Shown here: positions 15,309-34,356 of the stretch, in pieces
Numbering within the stretch: the stretch's first letter is position 1
How the letters are laid out: each line of letters begins with the position of its first letter
Assembly (NCBI GenBank): GCA_002104945.1
Contig: MCFH01000002.1
Coordinates: 496,001-560,000 of the forward strand
Direction: 5' to 3'
Source: Piromyces finnis finn
Lineage: Eukaryota; Fungi; Neocallimastigomycota
DNA: 64,000 bases
Translations under genes and position numbers: made by a program
Notes under the pieces: model-generated
The model's database searches: none
Told to the model about the DNA's origin: nothing
What the model saw: the letters and a program-made list of their open reading frames with translations, nothing else

Positions 15309-15783
15309 AAAGGTATTATTATCCTTCTTCACTTTTTTTAAATCTTATAATGTTAATATTCCTATTGTAAAAGTAATAATAATAATAATAATAATAAAAA
15401 TAATAATAATAAAAAATAAATAAATAAAATAAATAATAAATAAATAAAAATCAAATAAATTAAAATTAAAATTTATTCTCCAAAAAAAAAATAAACTATA
15501 TTACTTAATATAATAATAGAGACTTACCACCATTATTTAAATGAAAATTAATTATTATTTTTAATATAATTAATTAATTAATTAAAACTGCAGAATGTGC
15601 TACTAATTTTTTATAAATTATTTAAAATTTATCTACCTTTTATAAAGAAATATTAAATATTATTTACTATACATTAAAAGAAATTTAATTGTTGAATTAA
15701 ATTTCTATATTTTTACTTATTATTTAAAAAGAATATTATATATATTGAAATATTTAAATAATCAAAATACATATTAAATAAAT

Positions 15784-18700
15784 ATGGTTGAATTTGATAA
15801 ATTCCCTTCTTATGACTTATTACCAAAAGAAGTAAATGAAATTAATTAAAATATAATTCCATAAATTTAGATGTTACTTTTTATATTTACTTTTTTAATT
15901 AAATTATAAAATTCATAAAAATAAATAATAATAACATTAATAAAACAGGTCACTCAAGCTCTTAGTTTTGTAAGAAAAAATCCAGAATATGATGGTAGAG
16001 GCACTATTATTGCTATTCTTGATACTGGTAAATAAATTTAATAATTTTATTAGTAATTCTAGTCAGAATTTTTGTTTTTCAAAAAAAATATATAAATATA
16101 ATATCTTCTCTTTTGATATTTTTTTTTATTTTATTTTATTTTAAAATTATTACCTTTTTGTTATTTGTTACTAATTTAATGTATATTAAAAATGTAAATA
16201 TTAATTCATATATTAAGGTGTTGACGTTGGTGCTCCCGGTTTAGAAGTAATTTATAATTATATATAAAAATATTTAATATTTATTAATAATGTGGATATG
16301 ATATAATAATAGTAGTAACATAAATGTGATCATCTACTTATTTATTATTTTTATTATTATTATTTATTAAAAATGCATTCATTTATTATATTAAAAAAGA
16401 AAACAAGTGATGGAAAACAAAAAATTATTGAAGCCATTGATTGCACAGGGTATTTTTATTTTTATTATTATTATTATTTTTAAAAATATATATATGTAAA
16501 TTATTTATTTTGAATTTATAAAAAATTCTTATATAAACTAAATAATAGTTCTGGTGATGTAACTCTTCAATGTGTTCCAACAGATAAAGTTAAAGTCAAG
16601 GATGACGCTATTTCTATACCAGGTGCCTCAGGTAAAACACTTCTTTTAAATAAAAATTGGGCCAACCCTTCTAATACATGGAAAGTTGGTATAAAAGCAT
16701 TATACGATTTATACCCAAAATCTTTATTAACTAGAATTAAAAATGTATGTATTGTTATTAATAATTAATAAAAAATGTTAGTTCCTACTAAAATTGTTAT
16801 ACGAAATCAACTAAAATAATGTATAATATAAATTTGTTTCAAAATTATAAATCTCATTTATATAAAAATAGGAGAGAAAAGAAGAGTTCGAAAAAATGCA
16901 TCATCAATTAATTATAAAAGCTGAAAATGATATCAATAGTTGGGAATCAAACCATAAAAATAAAGATAACCTTACTGAAGAAGAAATTATGGAAAAAGAT
17001 GATTTAGCAAACCGTTTATCTGTACTAAAAGAATTGTTTAAAAATTTCGATGACCCAGGAATGATATTAGTAAGCATAAATATTGTTATTATTCAATATC
17101 TATAAATATTTTAATAATATAATATATATATTATATTAGGATTGTGTTGTATTCAATGATGGTAATGAATGGAAAGCTGTAATTGATATTAATGGTTCTG
17201 GTGACTTAAGAGGTCTGTTATATTACAGTATATAATAAATAAATCGTAATAAAAATCATATTTTAAAAAATATTAATATTTATATAATAAAATTATTTAA
17301 ACAGATGCAACTGTATTATCTAATTATAATGTTAAATATCAATATTTAAAGTTCGGCAACGATGATCAATTGAACTTCTCAATTAATATTTATGATGAAG
17401 GTGAAACCTTAAGGTAAAGCAATAAACAGTAAAATATAATTTAAATTTTGTTAATACTTTCTTTATAAATATTAAAGTATTTTATATATTTTAATATACC
17501 AGTATTGTTACTGTTGCTGGTTCTCATGGTACACACGTTGCTGCTATTGCTTCAGCTTATTATCCAGATAAACCAGAACAAAATGGTGTAGCCCCAGGAG
17601 CTCAAATTGTTACTTTAAAAATTGGTGATGTAAGTATTAAATTATATGTGATATTCATATATTTATTTATTTTAAATGGTAATAAAAATTTTATTATGAA
17701 ATATAGACTAGATTAGGTAGTATGGAAACCGGTGCTGGTTTAACTAGGTAATTTAATATTAAATAATTATATTAATATATATATTTGATTTATCAATAAT
17801 GCTAATATAAACTAAAAAATATTGCTAATTTATATAAAAAGAGCTGCTATTTGCTTATCCCAATTAAAATGTGATTTAGCTAATATGGTATATATCAATA
17901 AATAAAAATCAATATATAATTATCTATATAATAATATAATAATATATTTTTTTGTATAGTCATATGGTGAAGGCTCCTACAAAGCTAATGTAGGTTCATT
18001 CTGTGATCTTCTTAGAGATAAAGTTGTTAATGAAACAGGAACCATATTTGTTTCTAGCGCAGGTAATAATGGACCTGCTTTAACAACATCTGGTTCTCCT
18101 GGTGGTACTACTGATGGAGGTAATTGACAATGATTTTATTTAAATTTCCGATTATATTATTAAAAAATAAAATATTCTGTTTAAACTATTGTAGTTATCA
18201 GTGTTGGTGCTTATGTAGCCTCCGGTATGATGGAAGCTGAATATTCTTTACTTGAAAAGGTTCCAGAACGTCCATATACATGGAGTAGTCGTGGTCCAAC
18301 TGAAGATGGTGATGTTGGTAAGTTAAAAAAAAAAAGATAAATCATATATATATATATATTATGTAGAAATAATATATAATAATATATAATAAAATTTAGT
18401 AATCTTTTGTAAAATTCTAAAATACTCTAATCCAATTAAATTAATTATATATAGGTGTTACCGTATATGCTCCAGGTGGTGCTATTACCTCAGTTCCACC
18501 ATATACTCTTGCTTCTTCACAATTAATGAATGGTACTTCAATGAGTTCTCCAAATTGTTGTGGTTGTCTTGCATTAATTGTTTCAGCCTTAAAAGCTAAT
18601 AATATTCCATTTACTCCATATAGAATTACTAAAGCCATTCAAAGAACTTCAAAGAGCATTAACAACCCAATGAATGTTGGACTTATTCAAGTTGAAAATG

Positions 18701-21700
18701 CTTTTAATGATTTAGTAAACTTCAAGGATGACAAAACTCAAGATATTTCATTTAGAGTAAATTTTTAAAATATTATATTGAAATAAATAATATGAAAATA
18801 AAAAGTACTAATAATATGATTATAATCATTATTAATTACTATTTTTTATACCTTAATGTATTTAAAAAAAACTATAGATTGAAATTTCTGAATGCAATAA
18901 TGCCAGAGGTATTTACATTAGAGATATTGTTAGTGCTAATAAAACTACACAATATACTATTAATGTTAAGCCAACCTTTATGAAAACTGAAGATAAAATT
19001 TTAAATCAACAAAGACTTGAATATGAAAGTAAGATCGCTTTAGTTTCCACTGTCGGATGGATTAAGTGTCCAAAATATTTATTATTAAATAATGGAGGTT
19101 GGTAATATTAAATATTAAATATCAATTGTTTATATTAATATATTTATAATATTATTTACTAATAATAATTACTATAATTATTTATCTAGGTCGCTCATTT
19201 TCTGTTCAAGGTAAATTATCTTTATATTTTCTTAAATAAATAATCAATAAAGAACTATTATATTAATAACTTGTTTTTTTCCTCTTTTAAAAGTTAATCC
19301 AACTAGTTTAGATTCAGGTCTCCACTTCACTGAAATTCTTGCCTATAACACTGAATCTGAAGCTAATCCATTATTTAAGTGAGTAATATAACCCAATTAG
19401 TTAGCTTATGTTTTCTTTTTTTCTTATATTATTATAATACTTTTATTTCTGATTAGGATTCCAGTTACAGTGATTAAACCAGAAAATAAGCTTGATGATA
19501 ATACATTAGATTTCTACTACAATGATTTAAAGTTTAGTTCTGGTGATATTAAAAGAATATTCTTAAATACACCAAAAAATGCTAATGTTATTGGTAAATA
19601 TTTTTTTATTTTTATTTTCTATAATTGTTGACAAAATCAAGTGTTAAAAGTAATTAAATACTTATTTAATATTAACAATAAAATTGTAGAGGTTACTCTT
19701 AAATCAAAGAATCGTGATACCAATGCTAGATTTACTTTACATTCTATTCAATTATTAAAGGTTATAACAATATAATATACAAGTTAAAATTTAAGCATTA
19801 GATATTAAATCTGAAATCATTATATATAAAAAATTAAAAATAAAATAGCAAAAGTGTTACAAAGCCTACGAAAATGAATTTGCTTTTTCTTTAAATTCTA
19901 CATCTTTAGATGATTCTCAAGAACAAAAATTCACAAGATGTTATCCAGTTGTTCCAAATAATGTTATTGAAGTAAGTATAAATAAAAAAATAGTATATTA
20001 TTATATTATTTAAATATAGTAAAATTAAATGACATAAAAATTAAATTTAAAATATAAAAATAACTATTAATGATATAAATTTAAATTATAGTTATGTTTA
20101 GCACAATTCTGGTCAAGTTTAGGTGATTCTAATATTAGTTTCGAAGTTCATGTAAATATATTATAATATATTAATATAATAAATATGTTTAATATATTTT
20201 TAATATGATATGTTATATATATATATATATTTGTATTATTAAGTATAAAATTAACTGTATTTTTTTTTTTTATTTTTGTTTTGTTTTGTTTTAATTTGGT
20301 TTGATTTGGTTTATTCTAATAAATTTAATACTATTTATATTCATTTAGTTCCATAGTATTCTAGTAAACGACAGTCCATATGGTAACATTATTTTAAAGG
20401 AATCAGAATTCATTAATGATCTTGAAATTAGTGCTCCACTTAGAAAAGAAGGAATAAATATTTCTTGTTCTTTAAGTAATTATTAATATATATATACATA
20501 AATTTATTTCGGCTTTATAATTAATGTTTAATAATTAAATGTTATTAGATACACTTACAAGAAACATTAATCCATCAGATGAATTAATTACAGCAATGAA
20601 ATCTAGAGATATTTTGCCTGATTCAAAACAAATTCTTCAATTAATTTTAACATATGAATTTAAGCTTAGTGATAGTGCTAATGTAACAATTCGTTTCCCA
20701 TCATTAAATAATTATATTTATGATGCCGCTCATGAAGGTTTATTTATGATTGGTTAGTTGATACAGTTCTTTTTTTTCACATTTATTGACAATTATCGTA
20801 ATAAATATTATATCTTTAATTCATTAACATCATTTAACATTTATTTTGTTTTATTTTAATAGTTTATGATGCTAATAAGAAGGTTATCTCATATGGAGAT
20901 ATTTTTGCTAAAAATATAAAATTATCAAAAGGTGAATATACTGTTAAGCTTCAAATTCTTTCTAAATCAATGGAGTTATTAGAAAGAATCAAATCATTAA
21001 CTATGATAATTGATCAATCTTTACCAAAGGGTAAAGAAGTAAATGTAACTTTCTTCCGTGATATCATTAGTGCACTTAATAACAAAAATTCAGGTTATGG
21101 TTCAAAGGTTCTCGGTAATAATGAACATCGTCCATTATTTGCAATTCCTGGAAACGGTAATGCTACTCACCCAAAAGAAATTACTCAAAATTCCACTCTT
21201 TCTGGTGAATTAAAAATATCATCATTAAAACTTGAAAAGCCATTATTCCGTGTTCAATATAGTCTTGGTCCAGAAAATAAGGTTAAGGAAAAAACTTTAA
21301 TTTGTAAGGATACTTCATCAAATGATGAGGATGCTTCTAATGATGAAAGAAACTCATTAAAGGAAGCAATTCGTGATTTACAAATAAGTTATTTAAAAAA
21401 ATTAAAGGGTGAGGAATTAACTGCTTTATTAGCTGTTCTTGAAGTTGATTATCCAAATCATATTCCATTAATGATTGAAAAAATTAATATTCTTAACAAC
21501 AAAATTAATGACTTGTCAAAATCTTTAGATAAATCTAATGATTTGGATAAATCTAAGGAAATCATAAATGAAATTACTGAAAATTGTAAAGAACTTATTG
21601 ATCAAACCAACAAGGTAATATTTTACGTTATATATATATATGTTTATACAAATATATACTAATTATTTAACTCTTTTATATATTGTTTTATGATAATTTT

Positions 21701-22265
21701 TAATATTCTATTACATTAATAGTTAGAAGAAGTCATTAATACAAAGGAATTAAGTAGCTACTTTGGACTTAAACATGATAAAATTATTACTGAATCAGAA
21801 AAGAAGTTAAAGTCTGATAATGATAAGAAAAAAGAATATTTACTTCAAGCTCTTACTTCAAAATGTGATGCCTATAACAATATGATTTACGTCACACAAT
21901 TAAGCGTAGTTACTGATGAAAATAATGCTGATGAATTAGATAACTTAAAGAAGTATATTGAAGAATCTAACAAAGCAATGAAAGACTATTATGCTTGGTC
22001 TGAACATACAGATTATAAATACACTATGATCTATGCTAAGAAGGAAAAATTAGTTGGTAGATATGGTAATGCCCTTAAAGCTTTAAACAAATATATTTTC
22101 AATACTCCAACAGGTGATTTGAGTAAATCTAATATTTCTAACGTTAATGAAGCCTGTAAACTTCGTTTAACCATTCTTGAAGAATTAAAATGGGGTTGTT
22201 GGTGTCAATACGAAAAACTTCAAAAGATAATTAGATCACCTTCAGATTACGCCTTACTTAATTAA
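15784..22265 (+). CDS. TPP2: Tripeptidyl peptidase II (subtilase S8), more than 20 exons
   Basis: The start reads [16 protein letters not shown]. Motifs are [52 protein letters not shown] and [10 protein letters not shown]. The last exon is in ORF 21882-22265. Confidence 0.95.
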
Positions 22266-22285
22266 GACTATAAAAAATTAAAATC

Positions 22286-22328
<43 letters not shown>

Positions 22329-22974
22329 GTAATAATTAAATAAAAAAAAAAAATTTAAATTAAAAAATATAAATAAAAATTAAAATTTAACACAAAATAA
22401 ATTTTCACAAAAACCTTCTTTCTTTACTGTAATTCGAAAATTTTACATATTTATATTTTTAAAAGAGGGAAAAAAATACACTCAATTTTTTTTTTTTAAA
22501 TTTTTTTTTTTTTTTTTATTTATTTTTATTTAATTTTATTTTTTGCTTTTTAATTTATTATTATTTATTATTGTAATTATTTACCAATATGTGAATTTAA
22601 TAAATAACTATTTATTTTATAAACAAAAAAGATATGTTATTAATAGTTATATTATTGAATCTTGCTTTAATTGCTTATTTTTAAACTAGTTAATTTTTTT
22701 TTTTTTTATTTATTTATTTTATCTTCTTAATTGCTATTAATGAAATGTTTAAATGTTTTATTTTTTAAAGTACAAATTATTTTGAAAATAATAATAGTAA
22801 AAAAAATTAATTTGTTAAATAATATGTATATTCGTTATAATAATAATATTCATTACTATTATTTTAAAAAAAATTTATACAATATAATTGAAATGTGATA
22901 ATAGAAATAAATATGATTGTGTAGAGATAATTGTTGATTTTATTTTGTGAATCTAGGTTTTTATGATTTTAAAT

Positions 22975-26120
<3,146 letters not shown>

Positions 26121-27327
26121 TTTATATGTAATATTTATTTCTTATAGATAATTATGTATTTATATGTTATGTAATTTTCTCCTAATAGAATATGTATATA
26201 TTATAAATTTCCCTAAAACAAATTATTGATCTTTAATATTTTTTACTACTGTTAAAAATTAGAAAAGAAGAAAATTTGTTTTTATTTTTAAACAAAATTA
26301 ATTTCATAAATTGTTTTATTTAAATGTAAATTAAAAATTTTTTTAATTAACCATTCTATATATTTTATATATTATATATATAAATAATTTAATATAATTA
26401 CATTGTTAATATATACTAATGATGTTTACAAAAAAAAGAGTTCTATATAAAAAGTAATAAATATATAATATTAATAATATTATTTTTATAATTATTATTA
26501 ATTATATGATTTTTAAATTTTGGTGTGTTGATAGCTTATTGAAAGATAAATATGAAGAATGGATATATTCTATTTTATTCTTTTTTATCTATCAACCTTA
26601 ATAATAATAACAAAAAAAAAAATAAAATAAAAATAAAAAAAATAACCAATAAATAATTTTTATTTAATAGGAATGGGTAAAAAAGTTCAAAATTTTTAAA
26701 AAAAAAAAAAAAAGAAAAAATATGGGATAGTACTTGTAAGATAGCTAAAGAAGAAAAAAAAAAAAGTATAAAATATTTATCTAAGCAAGTCAGTTCTAAA
26801 AATATTTAAAAACAAATTAAAAAATGAAGGATACAGAATAAAAAATAAAATGGGGAATATATATATATGAAATATTTTATACATATTAATCATAATATAA
26901 ACAACTTTCAACTTTATTATTTAGTAAAGTTATTTTTGTTAAATGCCACATTTTTTTTTATAATTAATATATAGTTATATATTTAATTTGCATTAATGTA
27001 TGAAAACAATATTAAAGTTATATACAAGAAGAAGATAATAAATAAATAAACTAATAAAATTTTCTTTACTGATAATTAAAGAAGCATTCTTTCTGTTATT
27101 AATATATACTATGTAACCAAAAAAAATAATAATAATAAATAAAATTTTTAAATTTTTATTATTGGTTTCATGGTTACTACATAAGTTGTACATGTTTTTA
27201 ATTATAGATAATTTACATTAAAAATATTAATAAATTTTCCAACTTAAAAAAATATTTAATAAAATAATATACACTATAGTATTATAGTATTATATATATA
27301 TTAAAGTATAAAAGTTCTATAATAAAT

Positions 27328-28310
27328 ATGAATTCATTATTACAGTTAGCAAAAAATAATTTATTCATAGGAGTAAAAAAACCAATCTCAAATATATTAC
27401 TAAATAACGTAGGAAAACAAATTTCAAGAAATATTTATACTCTTCCATCCCCAACAGAATGTAAAAAACAATTATCAAAACCAATCCAAGAATTAGTTAA
27501 AGGATACTCATCTGTAACAAATATTGATCTTCAATGGGGAGAACAAGTAGGTTCCTAATTAGTATTAAGATATATACTGCTTTTTGTACATTTACATAAT
27601 GGAATGAAATTATTCATTTGTATAAATATTATATAAAAACAAAAAAAAAACAATTTTTTTATACCTATTATCAAGGACGCATTTGGTCACTTAAACAATG
27701 CAAGTTTTTTAAGGTTTTTTTTCTTCTTTTCATTACTATAATTATTACCATATTTATAAATAATAATATTATTAATATAAATATTAAAAATTAAAATGAA
27801 TATATAAAAATCAAATTTTAAAAATACAAATTTAATTTTATGAAGATTTTTTGAATCAGGTATAATAATCAAATTCTAAAAATAATACCTTTATAATAAA
27901 TTTTAGAAAAAAAAGTTATCATTATTATATTAATTTTATTAATAATAATAAAAATAAAAGGTCGTATAGCATTTTATTTCCAACTTATTGACCCGGTTTT
28001 ACCAAAAGATTCTCAATTTGGTCATGGTACCACAAAAATTGGTCCAATTGTAAAAACTGTAAAATGTGATTATAAATTACCTGTAACCTATCCAGATAAT
28101 ATTTGTGTAGCAACAAGAGTACCAATTGAAAGCATTGGCAAAAATAGATATAATGTTGAAGCAATTATGGTTTCGAGAAAATTAGAAAAAATTGTTGCCA
28201 AATCTGAAGTAGTTGTTGTTACATATGATTACAGAATAGGAAAAAAGGCTGATATTCCTGCTGATTATAAAAAATTGTTAATCGAATTAGAAAAAAATAA
28301 TAAAAAATAA
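27328..28310 (+). CDS. Hotdog-fold acyl-CoA thioesterase (4HBT/YbgC-like) with possible organellar presequence; 4 exons
   Basis: Spliced, it reads IDLQWGEQ|DAFGHLNNASFL R|FFES G|RIAFYF...GPIVKTVKCDYKLPVTYPD, then ends at TAA 28308-28310. This includes a 14-nt micro-exon at 27846-27859. The N-terminal about 35 aa lack acidic residues. Confidence 0.82.
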
Positions 28311-28394
28311 AAATTTTAAATATAACACATCATAAAACTAGTAAAAACTATACTAAAATAAAAATAATAAATAATAGAAAGCAATATTTATCAA

Positions 28395-28428
<34 letters not shown>

Positions 28429-28807
28429 GAAAAAGAAAAAGAAAAAAATCAAATATAAAAGATAAAATATGAATTAATAATAAAAATATTTAATTTTTAC
28501 ATCTTTTATTTTATTTATTTCATTAGAATTTATCTATATTTACTTTTTTAATTTATTAATTTATTTTTACATTAAAATATAAAAGTTTATTTTATATTCT
28601 TGATTTTATTTTATATTTGCATTTATTTTATTATTATTTTTTTTTTTTTTTTTGACTATTGCACTATTTATTTGTTTATCTTTCTTGTTTTTATTCTTTA
28701 TTTTTTTTTTTTTTTATTATTTTTATTTTTATTTTCTTCTTCTATTTCTAGTATTAATCAATTATTATTTGATATTAATTAGTTAAAATTTTATTAATAA
28801 TAACATA

Positions 28808-31800
28808 TTAACGCTTATCAAAAACTCTTTCTAAGTTTTTATTTGCTTGTTTTTGACTCTTCTCAACAAGTAATTCTTTTTGTCTCATTAATTGCTCCGA
28901 ATATTGTTGTTTCAAAACTCTAATTAAGTTTTCTATATTTTTTCTTCTGTTATAATCTAATGGATTGTTAAACATCAAAGCTATTTTATTATTTTCATGG
29001 CCCTTTAATAATCTAATTAAATTATTTATTTGTTAAATATATTAATACAAAATAAATTATAAAAATAATTTAATATATATACTTACTTTTCAAGTAAAAT
29101 AATTAGGGGATGAATAGTAATACTATAGTATAATCTATTCTTTATTGATGGGTTTAAGAAGTTTTCTGGATTTGGTGATAATAATAAATTAATAATCTAA
29201 TAAAATATCATCATAATTTAATATATATATATATATTAGAATATGCCTGTTAAATATACTTTAAAATTAAATGTTTTTTTAACCTGTCTTAATTCTGTGA
29301 AACAATCTAAAACCATAGGATTGTTCAAACTTTCTATAAATGCTTCAATACTAGCAACATCTTTATCAATAGTCTCTACAAAATAAATATTCATCTTTTG
29401 TGTACCATTACTTTGTTGTGTTAAATATTTCTAATAAAAAAAATTATAAAAATTATAATTATTATTAATATTTATTATAATAGTAATATATTATTAATAT
29501 ATAAAGTTGATTTTACAAGTAACGATGATGATAAATGATTAAATGCATCAAAATATACAAAACTCTTGATTGATTCTGGTAAATTAGTTAACGTAGTAGA
29601 TATAATAGTCTCTAACCAATTGATAATATCTTTTTTTTTATTTTTCAGGAGAAAAAAATGAGTAAATATAATTTATTATAAAATATAATTTTTATCATAA
29701 ATATACCTTGAATATATGAACTTGGTTCTGTAGCTGCCTTTTCAGGCATCCTATTATATTTTTGATAAATTATTATTTAATAATATTTAAATAACAGAAT
29801 TTATTCATAAAAATGTTTAATAACAATTATTAAAATAATTAAAAAAAATTACCAATTATATCCTGATAAATCAACAAACACATCAATTTTCTCATTAATA
29901 ATATCAAATATTTTTTCTTCTGCCATCTTTTGAGAATCTATAAATTTTGTTTTAATGTGTGATAAATTAACATCATTCGATGTTTTTGATGATTTTTTTC
30001 TACTCAACTCTATTTCAAATTCATCACAAGCCTTAATATAAAATTCCATATCATAATAGATTTGAACAATTTGAGTAAGTTTAATACTTTTACTTTTCAT
30101 CTTTCTTACTAAAGATCCATTCAAATCATCCAATAATAAACTATCTAACGACTAGTTTAATTATATTTTAAAAAAATTATACATTAAATTGCATATATAT
30201 ATACCAATAAATAAAAGTTTTTTTTTTATGATTTAAAATATATAGGGATTAAGAAAATTTACTTTCTTTAAAAGATCATCCATTTCACCATAGTTTTGAG
30301 TAAAGCCTTGGATAAATTGATAAAATTTTTGAATAAATGTTTTGACAATAATACAACTTTCTGGAAAACTTTGTGAAAACTCAAGGGTTCTTGGAAAACC
30401 TTGTAAAATAACTTCACTATTTTCTTGAAGAGTGTATGCATTTAATAATTTTTCATATTCATCAGCTGAATTTAAAGTCATTGGTATAAAATCTTCATTT
30501 TGGATAAGCTTATTTTAAAATGTATATAATTAAATTAGTATTTATTATGATAATTAAAACAATAATAAAATGAATTAATATATATTACCTGTGAAAGTTG
30601 ACTACTATATTGTTGTTTCAATAATCTTGAATATCTTTCAAATAAAATTATCATTAAATCTAATAATTTCGATACGGTATAGTTATAATTCTATAAAACA
30701 ATAATGATGATAATAATAATAATAAAAAATAAATAAATAATATATGCTTGTAATGAATATTATTTTGCTCTATAAATTATTTATATTTATTATTAAAATT
30801 ACCTCAAGAGTTTGAATAAACACTACAACAATATTCTTAATTTCCAAAAATAGATCAGTACTTTCACAATCACCTAATTGTAATGCAATATTATCTCTTG
30901 TTTTGTTTATAGTTAACTCCCATAATGAATCAATCTGAATCAAATAAATATTTATATATAAAAATATAATTATAAATAATAAAATTAATAAATACATTAA
31001 AATGGGAATTATATAGTTATTTATATAATAATATTAATCATCACTATATTAATTAATTAGTAGTAATAATACTATTATTAATTCATCATTATTAATTTAA
31101 CTACTAAACCTATAAAACAAATAAACATTATTTATAACAAATAAATTTTATAAAAAAATAAACATTGATAATTTATTTACCCAAACTTTTGATCTGAAGT
31201 TTTGAGTTGAATTCATAACAATATATTCAATTATAAAGAAACCAACAATATCATTAATATATGTTCTAAATGTTTGAATATTATCTTTGCTTTTTAATGA
31301 AAATGGTGTTGTTAAAATAGAACTTGCTTGTTGCTTCGATATTTATAAATAATAATAATACATTAATATAAAAATAAAAAGATATTTCTAATTTATATAA
31401 TATCTAAATGATAATTTTAGCTTACTCGACGAATTTCCTCATAATTATTTTTTAATTCCAAACTTTCACCCAACACATCATAAATATGAAGACATTGATA
31501 AAGTGGTTTAAAATCAATTTTAACATAATCATTATCAATAAGATTTTCTAAAATAATATTTAAATTAAAATAAAATAAAATAAAAAATTATTAATTAATA
31601 ATTTTTAATAAATTTTAATTACGACTTATGATGTAATGCTTACGTTCAGTATCTTCATTAATAACCAAATCAATTGGTGTTATATTATTTGATTGATTTA
31701 TAGATGAATTATGATCTGTTGATTTTATTAGAATTTTATTACTCATTTGTTCCATTGCTAAATTACCAACTTTTCTTGAATTCTCACGTATTCTATTAAA

Positions 31801-33008
31801 TAGTTTATTTTATTATTTATTATTATTATAAATAAAATTTTATATTTAAAGAGAAAATTGATAATCAAATTAATTTTTATCAGTTATTAATAATTAGAAT
31901 TTTAAAATGAATATATACTTTATTATCCATGATTTCATTTCTTTTGTCACTGCTATTTTTATTCTATCTTTTATTAGTGGTATACATTCCTCTTTATATA
32001 TATTTAATATTTTTATGTACAAAAACAGTATTAAAAAAAGCATAAATAAATATTATTTTATAAAGTGGAAATAAATATATTTATTAATTACGTATGTGCT
32101 GAGCAAATTGGAATTGTATTATATTCGATAAATGAGTTGTTTGTAATTCTTCCACCATCTTATAATAAATTATTAAAATGAGTATTATTGAATAACAACT
32201 TCACAAATATAGTAGAAACAAAAAATATATAAGAATTTAAACAATACCCGGAGTGCTGAGTAATATTTATGATTTTCAATTTGAATATTTATTTTATTGG
32301 TTTTATCAAGAATACTTAAACAATGTTTTAGTGTGCTTATTGTTAAATTTATATTATTTAATATTTTTTTATCCATAATTAATTGTTTTTTCTTGAATTT
32401 TTAAATTTATAAATAGAAAATGGAAAAATAATAATTAATTATTATAAAATAACACAATAACTATTAAAATTATTACTTTTATAACTACTTTTTCAATTAA
32501 TTCTTCGCCTTGAGCTTGCATTTCCTTATTCAACTCAACAATTTTATTTTTTAAATTCTCTGCACCAACCCTTACTTTTAAAAGTTGGTCTATTGCTTGA
32601 ACAAATTCCTAATAAAATTATTTTTTTAAATATATATATATATAGTATATGGATATATAAAATAATAATAATTATTCCAGAATACTTAATAAATTAAATA
32701 AATTCTTTTTTTAATAATTTATATTAATTATATACCTGATAATGAATATTACAAACACGTTCAATTTCATTTTCTTTTCTTTTAATAAACGAATTTAATT
32801 GTTCAACAAATTCAGCATTTTTATTTGTTCTATATAAAGTGTTAATAACATGGGATTCTTTTAAAGTTGAAAAATTTTCATTTGATTTACTCTCCACTTC
32901 AACAACTTCATTTGAAAAAAGGGTATGATTTGTAGTAGCAGTTGTTGAGGAATCAGTAACTAAAGAATGTACTAATTTTTGAATAAATAATTGATCCTGT
33001 TCACTCAT
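28808..33008 (-). CDS. SEC15: Exocyst complex subunit Sec15/EXOC6, multi-exon
   Basis: It reads FVEQLNSFIKRKENEIERVCNIHYQ|EFVQAIDQLLKVR, then YYSALR, and later FIDSQKMAEEKIFDIINEKIDVFVDLSGYNW and DIINWLETIISTTLTNLPESIKSFVYFDAFNHLS. These match recalled Sec15 motifs. Confidence 0.9.
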
Positions 33009-33842
33009 TTACTTGAATTTTCATAAATTTATTTATTATTTCTAAAAGTTTATTTTGTTAAATAATACAAAAACTAAAACATAATTTCAAAATTGATGTT
33101 TATTAAAAAATTTTTTTAACACACATATATTATTAAATTTTCTTTTGCTTGTCTTTTTATTTTATTTCCCTTTTATTTTAGTAATATTCAATTTACCAAA
33201 ATATATAAGAAAGTAGTAGCAATTTTAATAATTGAAATAATTATAAAAGTATTTTTTCAAATAATTAATATTTTCACTATCTTAATTTTTAAATAAAATA
33301 TTTATTTCATTTAATTATAATATTTTTTTAAATTTTAATTTTAAAAATTTAACCCTTATAAAAAGAATAAATTTTACTATATTAAAAAAACAATTTTAGG
33401 GTTAAAAATTTAACAGTTTTATTTTAGTAATTTTAATTAGTGTAAATATATACTTTTTAATAGCTTTTGTTTGATCAAAGTAATATTATTATTTTTAGAG
33501 TATTAATATCTATTTTTTATTCAATTAAAAAACAAAAGAAATATATAAAAAAAGAATAAATGTTGTTTATTTATTTCGTTTTTTTTTATGTAAATAAATT
33601 GTCGATTATGCATTTTTTTTTTCTGTTTTTTAAATATTAATAAAGAATGTAATAGTATTGTCTCTAATGTAAAAATGTAAAATATTCATTATTGAACAGC
33701 TTGTTTAATAACATATTTATTATATAATTAAGGTAGCAAATAAATAAAGTATACTTCTTTTTTTTTTTTTTAACTAGATTACAGTTTTGAATAAAAAAAC
33801 AAATAAACATTTATTATTTATTGTTTAACTTAAATAATACAA

Positions 33843-33973
<131 letters not shown>

Positions 33974-34356
33974 AGATTATATGTACACATAATATTTTAA
34001 AAATTAAGTATTACAATAAACTTTTTTATTTTTGTTTTTTTATACTAATTTTTATATAATGAATTTTATATAATATGGTATATTAACAACATTTGTTTAT
34101 ATAACGGAACTCCTTTACAACTTTAAAATTTAAATACTGATTTATATATTATTTTATTCATAATGACTAAATTAAATAAAGTATCGATATTGGTATAAAT
34201 AATGCTTTTTCATTATATATAAAAATTTTTGGTTATGTAATTATTTCATGATAAAATATAAAAGCAATGCAATTATGATTCATCCATTTGATCTATATAA
34301 ACTTTTTATTATATATATTTTATTATAAAAACCGTTAATAATTATTCGTGTAAATG

